Shown: positions 1-15,905, counted from the first letter of the stretch. The stretch is DNA of 64,000 nucleotides from Amoebidium appalachense (GCA_963693365.1 CAVNZM010000001.1:14246418-14310417); one strand, 5' to 3'. Numbers and translations: made by a program. Notes: a model not told the origin generated them from the letters alone.

Positions 1-385
1 GCACACGCGCGCACACACGGGATAATAGGAGAATGCACCCACATAAAGCCACCCATGCACATGAAACTGCCATACAGGCCGAGCCAGTTCATCCTTACTC
101 ACCCACACAGAAGCACCCATTGCACTTCTCCTGACATCTTTCCTTTACACCGCTGTTGAATGCCTAAAGATATCTTCAACACATGCCATCATCAAACCCT
201 CCGAAATATGATATTCGAGCTCCCCCGCTCCCATCCCCCCCCCCCCCCCCCCCCCCCCCTCATTCCCCTCACTCCCTTCCCCCCTCACTTTGACATTTCC
301 TATTCCATCCCCCCGCCCCCCCCCCCCCCCCCCCCCACCCCCATCCTTTTCTTTCTTGAGGAATCGGCCAATACCTCCACCAAAT

Positions 386-422
<37 letters not shown>

Positions 423-1830
423 CCCCCCCCTCCCTCCCCCCTCTCCCCCTCTCAACCCCCATCACACGCGCACGTACACACACACGCACAATACACTCTA
501 TCACAAGCACATACCTACGCACACACACACACACACACAAATGCACGCGCCCCAACCCCCCCCCCCCCCTCCTTCCCTCCCCCCCCCTCCCCTTCTCCCC
601 CCCCCCCCCCCCCCCGCCCGCCCAAAACACTATCTTGTCATTGATTACACCTACCGTGACCTCACAAAAAGGTTTAAACCCCCAAGGAGTGGTCCTCTCT
701 GCTCCCCCCCCCCCCCCTCCCTCCCTCTCCATTCCCCCCATCTCCTCCCCTCTCCTCCCTCCCTAATCCCCCCTCCCCTCCCCCCACCCCCTCCCCCCCC
801 CCCCCCCCCCCCCCCACCCACCCCACCCCACCCCCCCCCCCCCCCCCCCCCTCCCTGGCCCCCTCACCACCACCCCCTCTCCCCCGTCATCCTCCTCCAT
901 ATGTGCCCATATATTGTGCATAGGTGCACAGCCGGTTTCATTGTTATGCCGCACAAACAGTACGCTGTGCCTTTTGTTTTCTTTCTTCACATACGCCATA
1001 GGTTGCTCCCCCCCCCCCCCCCCTCCCCCCCTCCCTCCCCTCCGCCCGCGCACCCCCGGGGGGCTGCTGATCCTGTCTGCCCGGTCCCCCATATCCCCCC
1101 GTTTTGGCATATCCACGATTAATTCATTCCTTGTTCGTTCTCCCAGCTTTCTTACATCATCTTTCTTCCAAGCTCTTTCCTGAACTAAGGCCGTCGGCCC
1201 CTGATTCCATCCTAGTTTACCTCGTTTCCTTCCCCATCCCCCCATCCCCCCCCCCCCCCCCCCTCCCCCCCCCCCCCCTCCACACACACCAACCCACCCG
1301 CCCACCCGTCTCCCCCTTCCCCTCCCCCAACAAGTACCTCCCCCTCCCCCCCCCCCACCCCCCATCCCCATGGAGCTCCCCCCCCCCCCCCCCTGCCCCT
1401 CTCCTCTCCGCCTTCCCCCCTCCCCCAGCCCATCCCCCCCTTACAACTCCCACGCATCCCCCCCCCCCCCCCCCCCCCCCCCCCCTTGACCATCTCTGAG
1501 CAGCAGGCAGGTTAGTTTAGGAGTCGCGATCGGTGTAACACTGTGACATTGGAACTTGAAATGATTAATGCACAGCAGAAAGAGACCAGGCAAGACCCAC
1601 ACCTGCAACCCCTTGCGCATACGGGCATACAGAACACCCCACACCGCAACTGGATTTGAGAAGTAATAAGATTTTTTTCGGGGCCCTGAGTGCCAGAAGC
1701 ACTCGGGGAGGAAGCGGGCCGGGAGCATGAATGAGTAAATCTTAGTGTGCGGATGGTGTGCTGGTGATGTTGGTGGTGATCGTTTTTTTTTTCTTTCTTT
1801 TCTTTTTTGTGTGTTTTGTGTGTGTGTGTG

Positions 1831-1872
<42 letters not shown>

Positions 1873-2653
1873 GGGGGGAGGGAAGGAGGGGAGGGGGGGC
1901 CAGGGGCAGAGCCACAGGAGGGCAAGGGGGTGGGGGCGCGGGAGGAGGGGGGGAAGGTGAGGAGAGCGGAAAGTAGACAAAAGTAAGGTGGACAGCTGTT
2001 ATGGATCAGCAGTACTGTTGGGGTTAGTCAAGGAAGGGGGGGGGGGGGGGGGGAGGGGGGGGGGGAGGTGAGGGCGAGGGGTTTGTAATATGGCGACAAT
2101 GATGTGGTTTAGGGAAAAGGCACACCTTTTTGCGGGAAAAATTAAGGTAGGAAGGGAGGGAGAGAGAGAGGCCTTGGAGGGAAGGGGGGAGGGGGGCGGG
2201 GGGAGGGGGGAAGGGGGGGAGGGGGGGAGGGCCGGGAGGGGAGGGAGGGGCCGTGTGGGGGGGGGTAGTTGTTTGAATGGGAGATTCTGAAGGAGTTTGA
2301 TCGGAAATAAGCTTAATGGTGCTGGTAAACATATTCTTGAACGACCCATTTATTATGACTGATGCCCGCAAATACAATGAAAGTATGATAATCATCACCT
2401 TGCAGAAGAATCATCGGGGAAACACCTAACCAGAAATACAACTTGAAGTGGCAACAATGGCAAGACTTGAGATACACTAACTCTGATATAACACCCCCCC
2501 TCCCCCCCTCCCCCCAGCCCACTTTCCCCCCTCCGATTTCTATTTTTACGAGTTCTGCTTTCCCCCTTTCCCCTTCCTCCTCCCCTTTGCCCCCCATACC
2601 AGTCCACTCCCTAATCCCCTCCCCCTCCCATTCCCCTCCCCCCCCCCCCCCCC

Positions 2654-2957
2654 CCCTCCGGGCCTCCCCCCTCCTCCCTCCCCTGGCCTCCTCCTCCCCC
2701 TTCCCCTCCTCCACCCTTTAAGTTCCCTTTTCCTTTGCCGTCTACACCGTCTTTTCAGTGGTCTTTGTTCTTTAATTTTAGTGCTGGGAGTCTGAACCAC
2801 CCCCCCCCCACCCCCCCCTCCCGGGCCTCCCCCCTCCTCCCTCCCCTGGCCTCCTCCTCCCCCTTCCCCTCCTTCACCCTTTAAGTTCCCTTTTCCTTTG
2901 CCGTCTACACCGTCTTTTCAGTGGTCTTTGTTCTTTAATTTTAGTGCTGGGAGTCTG

Positions 2958-2961
<4 letters not shown>
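2654..2961. repeat. Tandem duplication of an ~150-160 bp unit (2 copies)
   Basis: ccctccgggcctccccc...agttcccttttcctttgccgtctacaccgtcttttcagtggtctttgttctttaattttagtgctgggagtctgaacc occurs at ~2654-2800 and ~2816-2961, nearly identical. Confidence 0.85.
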
Positions 2962-2997
<36 letters not shown>

Positions 2998-3218
2998 CGG
3001 GGGGGGGGGGGAGGGGGGGGGGGGGGGGGGGAAGGGGGAATGTTTGGCTAGTCTCAAGGTAAAAAAAAGATGGTCATATCAGGGAAAGTGGTGGTGGTGG
3101 TGGTGGTTGGTTGGTTGGTTGGTTGGTTGGGGGGGGGGGGGGGGGGGGGGGGGGGGAGGGTGGCTGGCTTTGAGGGCATTTATGGTCGAGACAGGAGGTT
3201 TTTTTTTTTTTGTTGTTG

Positions 3219-3317
<99 letters not shown>

Positions 3318-3660
3318 GTGTGTGCGTGAGTGGTGGTAGTGGTGGTTGGGAGGGGGTGGGGTTGGGGGGGGCGGGGGGGGGGGGGGGGGGGGGGGGGGGA
3401 GGGGGGGCAATTAATTTGCCAACATACGCGGAAAGAAAATGCAACAGGAATAATCAAATCAATTTGCTTCAGCTTTTCTTTTGACTTGGGCCAGCCAAGA
3501 CGGAAATAGCAGCAAGACATATATACATCTTCATCACACAGTGTACACATTTTTAGCATCAGCACACATTTAGACACACTTTTATCATCAGGTGAATTAT
3601 CGCTAAATTCATTCTTTGCCCTAAGGTATTTGGGCCGGGGCCATATTAATTAGGAACAAC

Positions 3661-4962
3661 TCATTCCCAACCGGAATTCCCTAGAACAAGCAGGATTATT
3701 GCAACAGCGAAATTTGAAGCCAAATTCATGTTATCACGTGCACCACCAGCACCGGATTCAGTACATGTGCCATTTACAGCATGAGACCCCCTTGGACATT
3801 TTAGCGAACTTTCCCCACTCCACACCCGCGGATTAGCGAAAATTGGGGCGTTCGCCCTTTTGCAGACCAAGATGTCGTCAAAAGCGGCCGTTTGATCCTG
3901 GGGGGATCCATCAGCGTCTGCGTTCCCGCCAAAAAATGTCGACATGTAAAACTGGTCAATGTGAAGTGTGTCTGCTGTGCGCCATTTCAGGTTGCTGATA
4001 TTAAAAGCCATAATGTCGTCAAACCAGGCCTCCATTTCCCCGTTGCTCTCCGTCGGGGGGTTGTTCATCTTTATGCGCAGGCGAATGTTGTGCCACTGCC
4101 CTGACTTGAAACTTAATTTTTCCGTTTTTCCGGTCACATTTGACGTGGTTGTGTAATTCACATCAAAACCATAGCTGGTAGGCATTCCCACATAATATAG
4201 ATACTCGACCACGTTTCCTTTTGATCCACGCCACATGTTTCTCGCGCTAAATCCGTCCGTACCATCTGGAATCTTCCCTCCCGTATTGCACATGCCACCG
4301 CACAGGCCGGGAACTTTTCCCATTCTATTGAACAGGAAATTTTCGTCGAAACGAACGAAATACGACAGCCATGCTTCGTCGACTGCTTCAATACCAGCGT
4401 GCCACTGATAAGCACATTCGTTTGGACCTACACACCCTTGGCTGTAAGTTTGGAGCAAGGCCGTGCCTGCCCCGATCCTGTCACTTGCAACAACTGAGGG
4501 AAATGTATTACTATTTGCCTCTTCACTCATAAGACCAAGATACGTGAAATCTTGTTTTAGTGTCTTTTTTGTGTATTGAAATCCGGCCGGTCGGTGGTTG
4601 AAGTTTTCAAAGAGTGAGGGTGTCCAGCCTGAAGGGCAATTCGCGCCTTGAGGAAGTGTGCTGGTGGGTGCGGGAGTGGGAGTGGTTTGCGTTGTTGTGG
4701 TTGGTTGTGGAGGAGAAATGGTAGTGAATGAAACATTGCTGCTCGCTTGAGATACTGGCGAGAGAGGAACAGACGAGCTTGTAGCTAATACTGCTTGTGT
4801 TAACCTTGCAGTTGTTGTGTTTTGCAATTGTGATTCGGGATTTACCGTAGTGGTGACGCTGGTGGTTGGAAGAGGTGTGGTGGTGGTTACAGCTGCACTA
4901 GCTGATAAAGTAAAACCACAAGAAAGAGCTAGGAAAGCATTTCCATATGTAGAAAATCCCAT
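3661..4962 (-). CDS. Polysaccharide lyase family 14-like (alginate/polyuronate lyase-like) secreted protein, 433 aa, intronless
   Basis: ATG at 4962 gives a signal-peptide-like start (MGFSTYGNAFLALSCGFTLSASAA), then ~80 aa Thr/Ser/Pro-rich linker. Catalytic part has PL14-type motifs EAWLSYFVRFDENF..GKVPGLCGG, DGFSARNMWR, YLYY, WHNIRLRIKMN, GEMEAWFD, STFFGG. Hydrophobic C-terminus FAVAIILLVL is GPI/TM-like. The ORF-track start at 5115 is a non-ATG extension. Confidence 0.8.
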   Translation of the reverse strand: MGFSTYGNAFLALSCGFTLSASAAVTTTTPLPTTSVTTTVNPESQLQNTTTARLTQAVLATSSSVPLSPVSQASSNVSFTTISPPQPTTTTQTTPTPAPTSTLPQGANCPSGWTPSLFENFNHRPAGFQYTKKTLKQDFTYLGLMSEEANSNTFPSVVASDRIGAGTALLQTYSQGCVGPNECAYQWHAGIEAVDEAWLSYFVRFDENFLFNRMGKVPGLCGGMCNTGGKIPDGTDGFSARNMWRGSKGNVVEYLYYVGMPTSYGFDVNYTTTSNVTGKTEKLSFKSGQWHNIRLRIKMNNPPTESNGEMEAWFDDIMAFNISNLKWRTADTLHIDQFYMSTFFGGNADADGSPQDQTAAFDDILVCKRANAPIFANPRVWSGESSLKCPRGSHAVNGTCTESGAGGARDNMNLASNFAVAIILLVLGNSGWE

Positions 4963-5110
4963 TCTATATAGTGGTTTTGCGTAACTTGAAGCTATGGAAT
5001 TAGTGTGAAACAAGCGTAGCGAAACACGAAAAACCAAAAACGCAAAACGTGAACTCCATGTTTCTCCGTGGCATTTGGCGTTCTTTATAGACGTTGAGTT
5101 TGCTAGGGAA

Positions 5111-5157
5111 GCCAATCAGCGCATAGTAATCTTGCAGGTAGCTCACTGGCCAATCAG
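5111..5157. promoter_or_regulatory. Two CCAAT (NF-Y-type) boxes upstream of the PL14-like gene
   Basis: gccaatcagc at 5111-5120 and ggccaatcag at 5148-5157, 150-200 bp upstream of ATG 4962. Confidence 0.45.
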
Positions 5158-6921
5158 ATCGCGTTCTCATTTCATTGCTGAGGAGGGGTGGCAAATTCGC
5201 AAGGGATATAACGGTGATTGCAACACACCAAGAAGCACTCTGTTATTTTGTAAATACGATGCAAAGTAGCACAAATATGCTACAGGAGTATATGGAAAAT
5301 ACATACGTACATTAAAATATGGTGGCAGACGCCCTAGAATATCTCACCGCCGTCATGATCAGGAGATGGAAGTGACGTAAGCCGATCCCCCAAACGCATG
5401 CAACATATTTGTATTGAATTTTCATTTCAGGTTCCACGATGATGCAGGGCTGGAAAGGTGTGAGTTTTTATGTCGCGTTTACCTCTTTCCCTACGGGTGT
5501 CTGCTACACTGGCTGGCAATGTGAACACTTTAGAATTTTTGTTGAATTCTGTTGGTCGTCACATTTGAGTATTTATATGATTTTCACACAGTGTTCAGGT
5601 ATCTTAGTATGCACTTGTTACTGGATAGCTCGTGAATTTTTTAATTGTCTTCTCAGTATGCCGTGCATACTTGCATATCTTTTCGTCGAATAAATCCAGT
5701 CAAAAGAAAAATCTTTACTGCACTTTTTGAAAACTAACCGTATATTAAGTGTTAGAAACACTGTAATTTCCAGCCCTGCGATGATGTTACATTGATGTAC
5801 AAGCCTCTGCAAAGTGCAAACTTGCCAAGTTTTCAGCATGTAAAAACACGAGATTAAAAGTAATATAAATAGTAAAAAAGGGGGGTTATCTGTTTCTTTT
5901 AGATTTTAATATGATGGCAGTCTGCACGCTTGTGTCTAGACTTTTTTAGTCACTACTTGAGCCACTCTAACATTGCATGACACCATTTTTGACACTCCAA
6001 CGGGGGTTTAGTAGTTTGGGGAGACTAGAGTGGCTATTTTTGGCGCAACCGCGGCGCCGCGCGTGAACGACCCACGTGCTTTCCTCACCCTTCCCCATGT
6101 GTGGTGACGCCGGCGTCAGAGTTTTTCAACTTCAGAGGTTCGAACAAACTATACAGGCACACGTCTAGTAGTATACATAGAAGATTTTAAAAGGGCTTTG
6201 TGCACATGATGCGCATTAATGTAGAGTTCCCACTGTCAACGTTGGTGCATTTCACCATCGATCACGCATGGATGGCCATGGCCGGTCTCATGTCACCGTG
6301 GTTATTCTAATGATTGATGCTGAGTGGCAGAACGATGGTGCAATGTAAGTTACAAGAAAAATTATAGGAAATAAATGAAAAGTAAAGGAAAGGAAAGGAA
6401 AGGATAGGATATACACCGGAGAAAAAGTATACGGAGTGTCAACGGCCGTTGCCCTTTTATTCACACAAACCGGCCTACGCGAGAGTCATAGCAATGCCAG
6501 ATGCGAGGGTTGAGGGGAGTATTAAAAGTCCTATACATGATATGCGTACACAAAAGTCCCATGTTTAAACAGGACTACTGTATTTAGTGATGAATGAATG
6601 TCCCTATCTATGGTTTTTGCACCTTATACGCCGAGATGAGTATTTAGGAATATCTGTAACACCTTGCCGCCAATCTTCAAGTATATCTATAATTATGTAT
6701 TTCATTATCAATCAAAAGAAAATCCCCATCTTTCTGCATACACATGTACGGTAGTGGGAGAGCTAGTTGCATTTGGGTATATTACACCCAGTGTTGCTGT
6801 AAATTGAGCAAATATAGAACGCCACTGCACGCTATGTTATAAATTTAACATTTTCAGACAACACCTTTGTCTTTCATTCTTAAAAAAATAAAAATGAAAA
6901 AATGAAAAAATTAAAGCAATC

Positions 6922-9587
<2,666 letters not shown>

Positions 9588-10779
9588 CTTTAAGCTGGGA
9601 AGTTTAGCCAGACCGCCGGGAAAGTGGGAAAAGGAACAGGCGTTCAGCCTGTGAAGAGATCTGAAGGTCGACAGGGTGTCAGGTTTACACTACTAGATTA
9701 CTAATTAATAATGAATAATTTATCAACAGTTTCTACATTCATAAGGGGCAATGTGTATGGACGCTTATGACTCACTTTTCGACGTCTCGCTTGCGCCTTC
9801 GCGCAGGCGTGCGCGCGCGCGTGTGTGCGTGTGTGTGTGTATGTGTGTGTGTTGTGTCCGTGTGTGTGTGTGTGTACGCGCACGTGTGTACATTTGAGTG
9901 TGTGTGTCAAGGGGGGTGTTGCTCTTTAGAATTTATTGTATTTCAGTTGCATGATACTGTGCCACATGTATACATATTTATACACACACACATAAGTGAA
10001 CCAAATTCTCCTGCCGAGGGGGGGAAGGAGGGGGGGGGGGGGGGGGGGGGGAGGGGCCAATTCCTATGGCCGATTATGTGGTTTGGTTTGCGGACCAGAT
10101 AGAATATAGTTCATACAGGTTGAGGGAGGGAGAAGGATGCAAGAAGAAGAGAAGGCAGAGGAAGAGCAATTAGATGAGGGTAAAAGGTGTTTGACAAGGG
10201 AGGGGAAAAGTTGTGTTGGTGGAAGGAAAGGGCAAACGGAAAGAGGGAGGGAAGCGTGGGGGGGGGGATGGGGGGTTACAGGGGCGGCAAGCAGAAGGAT
10301 GTAAAGAACAACATTAGATGACTAGAGCAGAACTATTTTACTAGTGGAGAGAGGAGCAGGATTTGGAGGAAAGGAGAAACACAAGGGGGGGGGGGGGGGG
10401 GGGGGAAGGGGAATTAATGGAGGTAGTGGAACACACAGACGTGAGGGTGCCAATAAAAGGAGTTGGGGACACATAGGCAAAGAAGAAAGCAAGGGGGTGG
10501 GGGGGAGGAGGGGGAGGAGGAGGGGGGGGGGGGGGGGGGGGGGGCAAGGGGGGGGGAGGGAGGGTGGGAGAATGAGGGAGGGTGGGAGAAGGAGGGAGGA
10601 AGGGAGTTGGGGGGATGGAGGGCTGGAAGGGGGGAGAAGGGGGTGGGAGGAGGGAAGCGGCGGGTAGACGGTTGGTGGGTGGGTGGGCGTTGTCAGGCAT
10701 GTGAGAGGGAGGGGAGGGATAGAGAGAAAGCGAGAAAGAGGGAAAGGAGAGGGGGGGGGCGGGGGGAGGGGGTTGAGGG

Positions 10780-11155
<376 letters not shown>

Positions 11156-11237
11156 AGTCTTAATGAATGTGTAACTAATACGCGTGTAAGTGTGCGTGTA
11201 AGCGGAAAGTGGGGGGGGGGGGGGGGGGGGGGGGGAT

Positions 11238-11271
<34 letters not shown>

Positions 11272-11333
11272 TCCTGGACATGTGTGTGCTCCCGCTTGTG
11301 CGCATGTGTGTCCGTCCGTGCATTCATGTGTGT

Positions 11334-11378
<45 letters not shown>

Positions 11379-11380
11379 AC

Positions 11381-11438
<58 letters not shown>

Positions 11439-13675
11439 TGTGTTGGTTTGCGTGTGTGTGTAAGGGCGCTCCTGCGTCCACGTGTGTGGGGGGGGCGAAG
11501 GAGGGCTGGGAAGCATGTGTAAAAGCCTCTGGCGGGACGTGGCGTAGTCAGGGACGGGAGAGAGGAGAAGAGGGTGAGGGGGGGTGGAGCAAGGGGGGGG
11601 GGGGAGGGGAGAAAGGGCAAGGGAGTTGTGTCCCCACCCCCTTCTCCCCCTCCCTCTCTGAGTAGGAGGCCTTTGGGGGGGGGGGGAGGGAAAGCAAAAA
11701 AAAAGGTCACAGTGAGAGGAAAGGGGCGGCTAATCGTGCGTGTAAGTGTGTGAGGAATAACGGGGAGGGGAGGGAAGATGGAGCAGTGAGGTAGTAGGGA
11801 GTTAGTTATTGTCGAATCGAGGGGGGGGCGATAGAGCTTCTTTGGCAACCATTGATTGGATCGTCCATGATAATAATAATGATCATCGCTCAAGGACATC
11901 AGGACTTACAGGATAAGCTGGGACGTTTATTTGGCCTAATCCGGGCTACAGGCAATGACGATTTTTCAAAACTGATACGGGTAATTCACTGATCAGAACG
12001 ACCGTTGCATGCTTTTCTTGCGTGAGTAGGGCTTAGAAAGTAGGGCTTAGAAGCGCCCGATGAAGGTTATGATCAACACCCCAAGATTACGAGGCCTACT
12101 ACACAACAAGGAATTCACTGAACTGCAAGAGGGGGCAGAGGTGGGAACAGAATCCTAAGGAACCCAAATATGCATAAAGCACTGCCTTATAAAAAAACTT
12201 TGACATGTGTATCCTGAGAATCACTACCAAAATGCTTTCTTCTGTTCCCCCTCGATCGCGACAGCTCCTCCCAACTACAGTCACGTCTCGAAAATTCTAT
12301 TTTTATCTTTCTATTTTTAGCAACACTCTACATCTTGGTAGCATCAACAGCTGTTCCAGAGCGCCGTGGTGTAGTCTGGTGCCGCCAGGATGGGATGCAT
12401 GTATGGCGCCCGGCCCATGGCCAGAATCCGGTGGGTGGCCGTGCTGTAGTCTATATGTGTAGCCTCTATAGAATATCGTACGAGTGAGTTGCCGAGAGCC
12501 TCGATATTGTAAGGTGTGTGATGACGTATTGTCAGTTCACGAGTAGACTGCCCCCGCTGGCGAATCCCTATATACCCCACGTTGGTTGCATTTTGAGGAC
12601 GATGGCCAAATGAGGTTGAAGTTCCTTTGTATGGGTTTGTATTCTGAATTTTCTTGCAGGACTAATTTTAACGGATTGATAGGAAGAAATAGGTATAACC
12701 TTGGCTATGCTGCTATATTAAAAGATTACATTTCCTTTTTGTGCACAAAAATTCACCAGCCGCTCCCCCTTGAGCCCGGGACGCGATGATACCCTAGGGG
12801 GGTTTGTTGGTCTAGTATTTTTGGCAAAAGAAAAAACCATGGCATGCACTTCAGTCTTCAGCTTGAGTCTGTAAGCTGACCGGATATCTCATTGCACCCT
12901 ATGTAATATACTTTTCTTATGATAATAAGTGTATTAAAGCATAAAAAAATAACGCCAGCATATATTCCATTATGGAATACTGTATATCAATCCGTGGACA
13001 ACCGGTCTACAGTCTGCAATTGTTTTGATGTTTTCATTTTCCAAATTCAAACTTTCCTGGCCATGCTCCAAAACCCCATTCTAAAAGAATGCCAGTGCTT
13101 CATGTGCAAACAGTATCGGCCAATCATCCCGATCGTTCCCGCGTGCAGTCGCGTGTCAGCTGAGAATTCAGCCTGAAAAAGGAACGTTAGGGAGAAAAAA
13201 AACAAGTTTTGAAAAAAATGTGTCTTTCTTTGAGGGAAACAAACTCAAGGAACACCTAACTGATAGCCTAGTGCTAGCTCTGCCTCTACATATCACCTTG
13301 GTCGTGGATTCCATCCCATGCGTCGACTGATCCGTCTGATCGTGATTTTAATCGTGATCGCTTTCCCATAGTGAACAAATGCGGCAAATAGAATACATGA
13401 CTGAGACCCACTCGGACTACAGAGTACGATCTGGCGACATCCCAGCCTGCGATCCAGCCTAGTGCCGGATCTATCACGGGTTTTGCCCACAGCATATAAC
13501 TTTTCGCGTAAGCATGGCAATTTAAATTCTATAAGGAAAATATAGTAACCAATTTTTATCATTTTATTTGGTTTTAAGCCATGCTAGTCAAATGGTATTG
13601 CTATAAACCAACATCGAAATTGCACCTGTAAGAAAGCCGTGGGCCGCGGTGAGGATGTGGGAATCAGCAATTATT

Positions 13676-13686
13676 GACCAATCAGC
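13676..13686 (+). promoter_or_regulatory. CCAAT box upstream of the syntenin-like gene
   Basis: gaccaatcagc ~380 bp upstream of ATG 14064. Confidence 0.3.
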
Positions 13687-14063
13687 GCATAGTTTGACCT
13701 TACAGCAAATTCCGTGCCCAGTATATACAGCAGCTGAAGAGCCACATTGTTGCAGGTGGAACTTCGTGAAGTTTTCATTTTTCGCCCTTGCACAGTGGAA
13801 AAAAGTTTGAAAATTAGGGTCGTTCATTCCATGTTCTTTCTTTCCATTTCGCGTGTTCAGAGGCTCTTTTAAGCGGTATTGAGAGTGGTTGTTTTGAGCA
13901 TTGAATTGATACGCACTGACAAGTTTCGTTTTTCGGTAATGGCACGTTTTTGAAGCCTCGAAGACAGCGTTGCTTCTCCTTCTGGGACCTGGTGGTACTG
14001 GTCTTGTTTGGTGTCCTGTCGTCGATGCGCACCGCTCCTTTTGTCCCATATATTACATCGAAA

Positions 14064-14357
14064 ATGACACAGGTCCAAATGTTTGAAGGCTCGCACTCCT
14101 TTGTGGAGGCGGGCAGCCTCCGTGAGACCCCGAGTCTTTCTCTTGGCCTAGAGAACGACGACTACACAATGAAAAGAGAGCTGAAGATTCACAAACGGTC
14201 GGGGGTGGAGTTTGGCATCAGTCTGTGCCGGCTTAATGGTAGGCTGGGGCTGTGTGCCTGTGCGCGTGCGTTCGTGCATATATTCGACGAGAGCACGTGT
14301 GTTTGTGTGTGTGTGTGTGCGTGTGTGCGTGTGTGTGTGTGTGTGCGTGCGTGTGCT

Positions 14358-14389
<32 letters not shown>

Positions 14390-15905
14390 GTGTCTCTTAG
14401 TGTATGCTTGTTTGTTTGTGTGTGTGTGTGTGTGTGTATGTGTGTGCGCGTGTGTGTTTGTATTCGTGTATGCTTGTTTTGTGTGTGTGTGTTGCGTGCC
14501 CACGCGCATGTGTGCACTTCCTTGTCGTGATTCGCCTGATGGTTTGGTTGCCTGGTAGAGCAATACATTATCCCTTCCCCCAACCATCCACCCATCCACC
14601 TTCTGACCTCCCTACCTCCCGACCCCCACCCACCCATCCCATTTTCTAACCTGCTTTTCTACTTGACTCTACAGGAGAACTTTTCATCACCGATGTCTTG
14701 GACTTTTCCCCTGCCTGGAGATGTGGCCTGCGCACCGGTGACCGCATCGAGCGCATAGACAATTTGCTTCTGCGCACCGATGCCTTCCACCGAGTTATTC
14801 TCAACCCTGGAGCGGTGCTTGACCACCTAAGAAAGGCGCAGGATCTGAAGTTGAAGGTTGCTGACTGCCCTTTGGTTCGCTATCATGTTCTGAAAAAGTG
14901 TGTTGTCAACCCCCCCCCCCCCCCCCACAACGCCCTTTTTCCCCCTCTTCTTTGAAACCGACACCTGGACAAACACAAGCAAAGCAACTACAAATTCGTC
15001 GTTTTGTGTCGACTTGGTACTCAAGGGCGCAGTCCCCCCCCCCCCCCCCCGGGGGGCAAAAATAGAAAATATAATATAAAAAATAAAAAGAAAATGGAAA
15101 ATAAATAGAAGAAGATATAATATAGCAAACTCATTCATCCACTCCCACAACCATCACACAACGCCAACCCTCATTTTCTCTTTCCTGTAATTAATCGTTT
15201 GTCCCTAAATCAGTCTGACTCTCTTCCTTTTACAGATACCCAGAGGTCGAGCAGTCAGCGTCCGGTGCCAGAAATTACTCTCCCTCGCAACCCGAGCTCT
15301 CCAACATCAAGGCACCACCCACCTTCGGTCTCATCTATAACCACTGCCATGTTCAGGACGTTCAGGTCGGTTCTGACGCAAAGGCGGCTGGTTTCCGTGT
15401 AGGTGACAGCATTGTGGAGATAAACGGACAGGTGACGATTGGCTTGACGGATGATGTGATCATGAACCACATCCACACGCTCAGGCAAAAAACGGAGGTG
15501 ACGGTGTGCACGATGCCGGCTGTGCTTGCTGCTGAGCTGGATCTGGCACGGATCGTTGCGGGGAAGAAGCCCCCCAGAATTCTGCTGAAGGACGAGAAAA
15601 AGCCCCCCCACCCGTTTAAGGGACTCAGGTTACCACTACTGGGGAAGAAGAAGAAAGAGTATACGACTACGTCTGCGGTTGCGAAACAGACGGCGCCGCC
15701 ACCCCTTCACTCCGGCTCGTTGGCGAGTAGCGAAATGTCGCAGGGAGCGCCAATCAGACCCCCCCAGAGGAGGTTCAGTGATTCGTCCTTCCGCTCCGGA
15801 GCAGAACTCTGGCGTTTGGAAGACTTGGCCGCACCGCAATATGTTCAGAATCTGGCACGGCCACAAAGAAGCACGTCGTTGGCACACATTTACGAGGGAA
15901 ATTGA
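14064..15905 (+). CDS. Syntenin-like tandem-PDZ protein, 3 exons (14064-14238, 14675-14897, 15236-15905)
   Basis: Phase-compatible GT-AG joins. PDZ1: RELKIHKRSGVEFGISLCRLNG-ELFITDVLDFSPAWRCGLRTGDRIERID. Linker DCPLVRYHVLKK. PDZ2: FGLIYNHCHVQDVQVGSDAKAAGFRVGDSIVEINGQVTIGLTD...EVTVCTMP, which recalls syntenin PDZ2 (EINGQNVIGLKD...TITIMP). Stop TGA at 15903-15905. Confidence 0.8.

Noticed and set aside
12099-13562. Short ORFs or exon-like pieces between the TP53I11-like and syntenin-like genes, and similar ones at 48788-49230
   Set aside because: No recognisable motifs and no phase-consistent gene model.
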